A stretch of DNA of 49,216 nt, filler included, from Sphacelaria rigidula (taxonomy: Eukaryota), in assembly GCA_964200075.2 (NCBI GenBank). It is 2 parts of 2 records of this genome, joined end to end, with 100 filler letters (N's around TTAATTAATTAA, not from the genome) between each part and the next. Parts side by side here need not be neighbours in the genome. Positions count along the whole stretch, not along the records: positions 24,675 to 49,216 come from CAXNAA020000198.1; 1 more part is not named here. One strand, 5' to 3'. Of this stretch, positions 42,701-49,216 are shown piece after piece. Position numbers and translations under genes: made by a program. Each line of letters starts with the position of its first letter. Position 1 is the stretch's first letter. The notes beneath the pieces are model-generated. The model was not told the origin of the DNA, made no database searches, and saw only the letters and a list, made by a program, of their open reading frames with translations.

Positions 42701-45700
42701 AGTCTCTCCCACGCGCTTGAACTACGTAAGCAAATCTGAACAGTTATTACTTCATTTTGCAGAAGGCGTTGAAGGTCCCGATTTGAACGTGTATTGTCCG
42801 GTAGAACGATGCTCTACAAAAAAACGTGACTGCGTTACCCTCCTTCACGGCGCACCCCTACCTATTTGTGAGAGAAAACTGGATTTGCTGGCTGCCTAGC
42901 TTCACCCCTCTAGCCTTGAGCGCCGTGTGTGCGGCCTTCAACGCGTCAGGGCCGTAGTTGCTCACGCCCACCGCCTGTTGCACACACACGCGAAACGGTC
43001 AAAACCGCCCACAGGAAGGGCACCAAAATGTAGTTATGGAGAAACACAGGGTAAGTACCATCACGCCGCGAGGTGACGGGATGATTGTCTTGTACAACTT
43101 GTTATTATGGCATATGGTCAGCAGAATATGGCGATTACGTAGTTTCATGCGGTCAGCTCAAGGGCAGCGGGCGCAAGCTCGGGATTGCCAATGCTCTTTG
43201 TTTTACACCCGGCTTCGCTCACGAGCGATCTTGGCGGACTCTTGCCGTTCAGCGCAGGTTACCGTTATGGGCCAGATTTTTTTACTTCTTCCTATTGTAA
43301 CACATGGTTTCGCTGAAAACAGACCGTCCACTGTCTGTGCGCGATAATAGCGCAACGATAATCGAAAATCAAAGACCATGTGATGACAACGGAGACGACT
43401 GGATCCTCCAATCACCTGTGAACTATAATGGACTGGCCAATTGAGCAGCGCTTGCTGCTATTTACACGTGGGGAACTAACCACCTTGACAAGACACTGCT
43501 CCATGTAGTAACAGCTAAAGGCAACCCTGAAACGATGGTCGCGGAATAATCACGCTAACTTCACCGCTGACAACACCACGCTCCACACAATAGAAACTTG
43601 AGTTTGCCACGTATTATCAGCGCATAGCACAACAGGATAGATGGATTCACCTTGACAAGACCTTGCTCCACGCAGTCCGCGAGCCCATCCCAGTAGCGCG
43701 AACTGACCATCCCAAAGGGCCAGTGGATCTGGTATATCTCCATGCTTTCCAGTCCCATCCGGTCGAGCGACGACCTAGCGGTACGGTTCGACGGCTATTT
43801 GATTTGAATTGATTTGATCTCATTGCCGCACGTCGACTGGACCTCTCAGAGTCCAGCTGTGCTCAAAAGGTGGACAGACGCGCCTAAGGTCAAGAGAAGC
43901 GGAAACGCTCACGAGCGGAAGCTCGAGGAAGGGAGCAAAAGTTATGTATAGAGAGATATGATACGGAGGACAAACAAGAGTACGCTGAAAGTCGAGAAAC
44001 AGAAAAACCATGTAACATCAGAGAGCAAGGTGTGGTGGATATGGAGGAGTCCAAATGACAGGCGCGGCTAGGTGGCTACTCGGGGTAAAAGATCGATCAA
44101 ATGACGGTCTGGAGATTGGATCCGCCGCGAAGAACCAAACTAGCGGCCGCCACTGAGGAGTCTTGTTGACGATCACTCTTGAAGCACTGCGCTTGAGTCG
44201 AGTCAAATGGATAATGACTCACTTGCAGGCGTCCACGACCGAACCACGGTTCAATCGCCAAGGGAGGGGCGCGAACTTGCTCGCTTCGCATGAAAAGCCG
44301 TTTTTCATCGTGTTCATGCGTACGAAAACGAAGAATGGCAGACGGGGGGGAAGTGATGCACGGGAAAGTACGGGTGATTATTACTTTTAATATAATAGTT
44401 AGACAAACTAATACTATCAGCGCGACAAATCTACCATCACATCTCAGCTTGTTTCGAATCGTAGTCTACAAGCAAAAGGGGCCGCAGGAGATGGTACCAC
44501 CATGCCAACGGCCTTTAGTACTCTGTTCTCAACATTGCATGTATATATACATACGCATCAATCCACGTCAAGATCGCCATAATTTTTCGTGTTTCCGCAT
44601 ACTGCTCGAGCTGCCCAGCTTCTTGACGTGGAAACCCTTTCCACGATAGCCCCCGAAAAAAAACGTTTTTGGTTTGGGGATGCAAAATCTACGCGTAAAT
44701 CGGAATGAAAAAAGCCGAGCACAACGAGCAGCTGAGAATTCCCACGCCTGGGTTCGTTTTCGCCAATGTCGCCTGTACGCAGAGCTTCATGCAGCCTGAA
44801 ACCAAACATCATACCCTTTTCTTCGTGACAGTTTTGGGCTGTTTTTTTTGGGGGGGGGTTATCGTAGAAAGTGCCAGTAGGGATATTATTCATCTGTGAG
44901 TTCTCCCTCTCAATACAAGGCGAATGTGCGGATAGACAGCACACACAAACACACACACACTCACACACAAGCACACACACACACACACACACACGCACAC
45001 ACACACACGCACACACGCACGCAAGAAAAAAAAAAGCGAACGACGCACCGACAACGATGCCATCTTTCTCAGCCCCTTTGAAATCACGGCGGAACTTGCC
45101 GCACAAGTATTCGGACCTCCCGAACCCGTACACCTCGGCGGTGTCGAAAAGATTAACGCCGTCCACCACGCAATTGTTGAACACCTGTCGTCACAAACAA
45201 AAACGCACGAAAACATTGTCATTCCAGAAACGTGCATTCCATTAGTGACCGCACAACTCCTGCTAGGTTAGTCGAAAAACATGTGATCTGGACCGCTTTC
45301 TGGTATATCCTGAGGGAATCCAAGCGGCGTGTGTTTTTGGTGCGGCACAGCAAATCGTGCAGTGTACCTTATTTTGTCTAAAACGCGGCAGTGATGGCGT
45401 GGTGTGCGCTTTCCAAGAAAAGAAAAAAAAACGGATAAAAAGCGCTACCCACGGACCATGACCTAGTACTACTCCCACCCCTTTTCCCCCTCGCGCATTC
45501 TAGTGCTTGCGACCAGCGGTCTACTCTATGCCGTGGAAATCGCTCAAGCGCGGTTTTCGTGAGGTTTAAGTGGACTCCCATCACGAGTGAGGAACACCAT
45601 GTATACGTCACACACGCCGCCATAAGAGTGAAAGGCGACAAATATGTCGAGATTGCAGGCAGTATTTTGTGTCCCAATGGATGTACGCAACTCATCATAT

Positions 45701-46638
45701 GTACGTAACACCAACGACGTGGACATACATTTTTGAGTTTGAGCACGAAAAAATTTGGTCTTGAGCCCAATGCGTACGCGGAAAACGTCGTTTTTGTTTT
45801 CATAGTTGAGGCGCGGTAAAAGTGTTGCTGCAACGATTCTTTCCTTTCCGCACGTGCTTGTATTCTGCGTTCAAAGTCTACAGCCACCGTAGCAATGTCG
45901 AATGTTTTTCTCATGGTACTTTTTTCAAGCTCAAAATAATACACAGCGACTCAACTGCGCGATGAAATTTCGCACCCTACAGTTTCTGCTTGAAATATAT
46001 TTTTTCTACTAACGAGTACAACGTTTTATAGATTATTGAGTGTTATGAGTTTAACTGGCGTAAAGCTGTTTTGTTCATTTCATCAACATTGTGTTCATAC
46101 TAGTTTTAAAAATGATGTAAAAAGCCTGGAAAAAAATAGCTTGTAATGGCGTCATATTTCAGATATTTGTTTTTCTGTATTTTCTCATTGTGAAAGGCCG
46201 TGTAGGTGCTGCTATATATATATATATATATATATCAGCATGCGTTCAATCATCTACGCGTTTCCTGCGTGACGACGCACCTCTAAAAGTCTCCCGCTTG
46301 ATCATATCTCGACTAAATCATCAATATATTCAATACCGTTAGTGAAAAAGCACCGCTCTAACACAACGTATGGCATGCTCACTTCTTGTAGTTCCTTGTC
46401 CATGGCCTCGCTATAGCCCCAAAATACGGAGTCCCCCCAGGACCATGCCCCAATGCCAAGGGGCGACACCTCCACACCGCCCAGGCTCACTCGATCGTTG
46501 GCCGCGAGGACGACGTTCTTGACGCCGTCCATCGCGGCTTTGGCCGTGTCCTCCGCTGCGTCAGCAAGAGCGCTAACGACCTGGTCTGCGCGATCTGCTG
46601 CTCCATCGGCTTCGGGGGGGCGAACATCGTCGCTCAAT
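39668..46638 (-). CDS. Whole gene (5'-incomplete): aldo-keto reductase, pyridoxal reductase (PLR1)-like
   Basis: Exons 46638-46383, 45184-45049, 44283-44223, 43774-43651, 42974-42862, 41290-41171, 40758-40675, 40352-40268 and 39751-39668 join in frame (about 353 aa). Motifs: LGIGAWSWGD, FDTAEVYG, SKF, YQIHWP, AVGVSNYG, LAYSPLGQGLLTGKY, IPIPGAK, ALGWRLS. The D-Y-K-H catalytic tetrad is intact. Confidence 0.93.
39960..40237 (+). mobile_element. Non-LTR retroelement 3' remnant
   Basis: Pyrimidine-rich tract, CTATCTTGTGGATAATGACC, (CAAT)3 tail. Confidence 0.55.
40268..40352 (-). CDS. AKR exon
   Basis: DKTPAQVSLNWCITKGTIPIPGAKNIRQ|GTTGG. Confidence 0.92.
40675..40758 (-). CDS. AKR exon
   Basis: GPRRRLFKKQLPKVAPLVDKLKEIGTP|GTGCG. 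Confidence 0.88.
41171..41290 (-). CDS. AKR exon
   Basis: KPETSGMLRLCEELDVKVLAYSPLGQGLLTGKYSKDFVP|GTATA. Confidence 0.92.
42862..42974 (-). CDS. AKR exon
   Basis: AVGVSNYGPDALKAAHTALKARGVKLGSQQIQFSLTN(R)|GTAGG. Confidence 0.9.
43651..43774 (-). CDS. AKR exon
   Basis: SSLDRMGLESMEIYQIHWP..LADCVEQGLVK|GTGAA. Confidence 0.92.
44223..44283 (-). CDS. AKR exon
   Basis: (A)SKFAPLPWRLNRGSVVDAC(K)|GTGAG. Confidence 0.9.
44634..44875. mobile_element. MITE family A, copy 3
   Basis: TIR ..TTTCCACGATAGCCC / GGTTATCGTAGAAAGTGCC; in an AKR intron. Confidence 0.8.
44940..45022. repeat. (CA)n microsatellite
   Basis: Seen directly. Confidence 0.9.
45049..45184 (-). CDS. AKR exon
   Basis: VFNNCVVDGVNLFDTAEVYGFGRSEYLCGKF..|GTGCG. 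Confidence 0.92.
46383..46638 (-). CDS. AKR exon (first located)
   Basis: CAG|..VSLGGVEVSPLGIGAWSWGDSVFWGYSEAMDKELQE|GTGAG. Confidence 0.88.
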
Positions 46639-46960
46639 CTGGTGGTGCAGTTGGTTGTTTCGAAGCGCCAGATAGATGCCGAGCAAGGGTGGTAGTCATG
46701 GAGTATCAATTCGTGGGGCGTGTTCAGTTCTATTGTTCTCCAGTCTTTCTCCTTGTTGTCTCAGAGTGATCCTTAGATCTCGAACCCCACCGAGATTGCC
46801 TCAAATCGCTCAAAGTCAATTTGGATTCGAAACTGCTGGACTTTGAGTGCCGCTGCACCGCTGCGCCTCCATCGTGCAACTGTTATAACTGAAGACAGCT
46901 AAGGCGCAAGATTGCGGAAATACGGGTCGACTTACGACAGCTTTAGGTCCCCCCCCCCCC

Positions 46961-47180
46961 CTGAGATTTTTTCCCTGGGAAGTATCTGGTACATGAGCCA
47001 TTGAAAATGTGAGTTCGTGAGTACCAAAGTAGACGTTTTTGACGAGAGTCGACGCTAAGCGGGGGCGCTGATCCAACCCGCCATGCCGAACTGTAAGGTG
47101 CGTACCGGGGGAGAGACGGGTTGATCCCGTGAGACTACGCACTCGTCGCCCCAAGGAAGGGAGATGTTGAAAGCATGACA
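46961..47180 (+). mobile_element. Head-less SINE copy
   Basis: GTGAGTACCAAAGTAG..GTACCGGGGGAGA..GGGTTGATCCC..ACTCGTC matches the SINE body; preceded by a poly-C run. Confidence 0.65.
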
Positions 47181-47389
47181 AGGGGGGGAAAAAACATCGT
47201 GCCTACTTACACCATCACGTGGATGTTGAATACCTGTGTAAAACTTAGTGCGGGAGAATCTCTGACCGGCGTCAGGTCACAAGTCAGGTGCACATTGGTC
47301 TTCGCTATGCCATTTTTGTGGGGTGCACACTTTAATGCTCTGCACATGGGGCAAACTGGCATCCACTACTGCTGCGGCAAACGTGAGCA

Positions 47390-47464
47390 ATATATATATA
47401 TATAGTTATACATATATATATATACATATATAGTTATACATATATATATACATATATATATATA
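47390..47464. repeat. (TA)n microsatellite
   Basis: Seen directly. Confidence 0.9.
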
Positions 47465-48867
47465 GTATGCCTGCGCAGTCTTGGTATTGTCGTGGTAGTG
47501 TTGGCACACCTCGGGCATGTTGTGATCTTGCAGGCACGTTACTATAGATCGATTCCACTGTAATTTCAAGTGTCTGTGATGCTGATACTGTACTGCATGT
47601 GCAAGATTTCCTTCATCAGCGGCTAAATACAACGGTACAACACATTCCGTGTGCCGTTGTTACGTTCTCCACTGCACGCAGTCCACTGCACGCCGTTTCT
47701 CTCTGCTTACTGTAGTGTCCACAACAACAGTACGAACGAAGGGTGTGCATATATCTTGACAGCACAAATGGGGCAAGGCATTTGGTGGAAGGCACTGCGC
47801 ACAAACATGCCTCCTTTTTTTATGTGCGCTTCGATGGTTCAGTGGTCGTCAACCCCTAAAAATGGTTGACACCATCTTGACCGCCGAGCGGGCGATGTTG
47901 GGCAATTGGTGAGGCCGTGTCGACCAGTCAGACTCATCAAAATGACCAACGCCACCCACCCGTCAGGCCAGTTGCCCGACCTGGAAATTTTCCCAGCAGC
48001 ACGCATCATTGATCTGGGTCTCTTAGACGAGCTGGGAAACCGCACGCACCCCACTCTAAACAGTGATGTTTGCCTTCCCTGGAACCCCCTTGGATGCTCC
48101 TGGACTGTGAGTTGATAATACTGTTCTAACACGAGGTTTTGCGGTCGGAGGGTTAGGAAAGAAGTAAGGGTACGTTCTGTAATAGTGTTTCGAACGAGAA
48201 TGGCGGCCTGCCTCGGTAGGGTGACGTCGGGGCACAAATGCTTGTATTTGCTGAAAAATTGCGGTGATTGACGAGCTGGGTCTGATCCACGTTTCGCACT
48301 CAGAGTTGCAACGGGGCACAGGGTTTGAGGATGAGCACAGACCATCCACCGGGGGGTCAGGTTAACGGAGATTGACAAACACAAAGCAATGCCTCGCTGC
48401 ATGTAAAACAGTCCGACGCAGCTGAAACTGGTGCTTGGGTTCGATCGTGGAGCGCTTGGAGCCACCGAAATACGGTTTCTGCACAGGACGCAACTCCGAT
48501 TGTAGGTATGGTTGAATGGGGGGTCTGGTGCGACATATGACCCGAACCAACAGAATGCAAAAATCTTCCATCATCCTACGAATCATGAGTGCAGCCGTAG
48601 TGCCGTGTCATAGCTGTCCACATTTTCGCGGATGCAGCGCCCGCACTGAACCCCAAGGACTTTGCTGCGGACGAGAGATCGTTACGTGTGGGTGGGTGTC
48701 ATTTCTATACGACAACACAAGACACGATCAGGTATATCCGGTTCTTCTGTCTACTCGTAAAGGCATGTATATGCTAAACGACCGGACTGGAGCTTGGCAC
48801 GTCAACAGTACTGTTAGGCCTAATACAAGCTATAACAGTGGATTCTCGAAAATGGGGTCGAAAAAAC

Positions 48868-49216
48868 GAAGTTTAATTCAAAAGCCGTGCTTTCCCTCAC
48901 CTAAATTCATGACAAATGACTTTCATGTGGACGACCTCATCCCTCACGACCTCCCTAGAACTATTTCCGGGGATTTCTAGCCTTCCGTTCCCTGAAAGAT
49001 TTTGTGCGAAAGCACTTTTTTGCCTCAATTTCGGGGTGAAAAAAGGACGTTTTTTGGCCCAAAAATCGTGCTCTCGCACATACCCTTCGGGAAAACGGAA
49101 GGCTAAAAACCCCCGAAATAGTTTTAGGCAGGTCGGGAGGGATGGGGTGGTCCATAAAAAAGTCATTTGTCATGAATTTAGGTCAGGGAAAGCACGACTT
49201 TTGAGTTGAACCTCAT
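48868..49216. repeat. Fold-back element (long inverted repeat), runs off the window
   Basis: Arms of about 150 bp: CAAAAGCCGTGCTTTCCCTCACCTAAATTCATGACAAATGAC.. versus ..GTCATTTGTCATGAATTTAGGTCAGGGAAAGCACGACTTTTG. Confidence 0.85.

Overview
Intron-rich, repeat-rich eukaryotic DNA. It is most likely a brown alga (Phaeophyceae); this is inferred from the short GT-AG exons, multi-kb TE-filled introns and Gly-rich low-complexity protein insertions, not from a database match. Three minus-strand genes can be assembled by hand from splice sites and frame continuity: (1) a 6TM TVGYGD K+ channel with C-linker and a degenerate cyclic-nucleotide-binding domain (9 exons, 20914-7791, about 775 aa); (2) anaphase-promoting complex subunit 1, APC1 (4 exons seen, 37478-26123), whose 3' end is lost at an artificial 100-bp N/TTAATTAATTAA join at 24575-24674; (3) a pyridoxal-reductase-like aldo-keto reductase (9 exons seen, 46638-39668, 5' exon not located). 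Non-coding DNA holds a 1.7-kb composite hAT-type element with a perfect 8-bp TSD, two MITE families (3 copies each), a TA-TSD element nested inside a tRNA-derived SINE, non-LTR 3' remnants, a fold-back element and many microsatellites. The most unusual signal is a six-copy repeat family with one fixed, structured end, variable opposite ends that each finish in a G-rich tract, and identical orientation in all copies.
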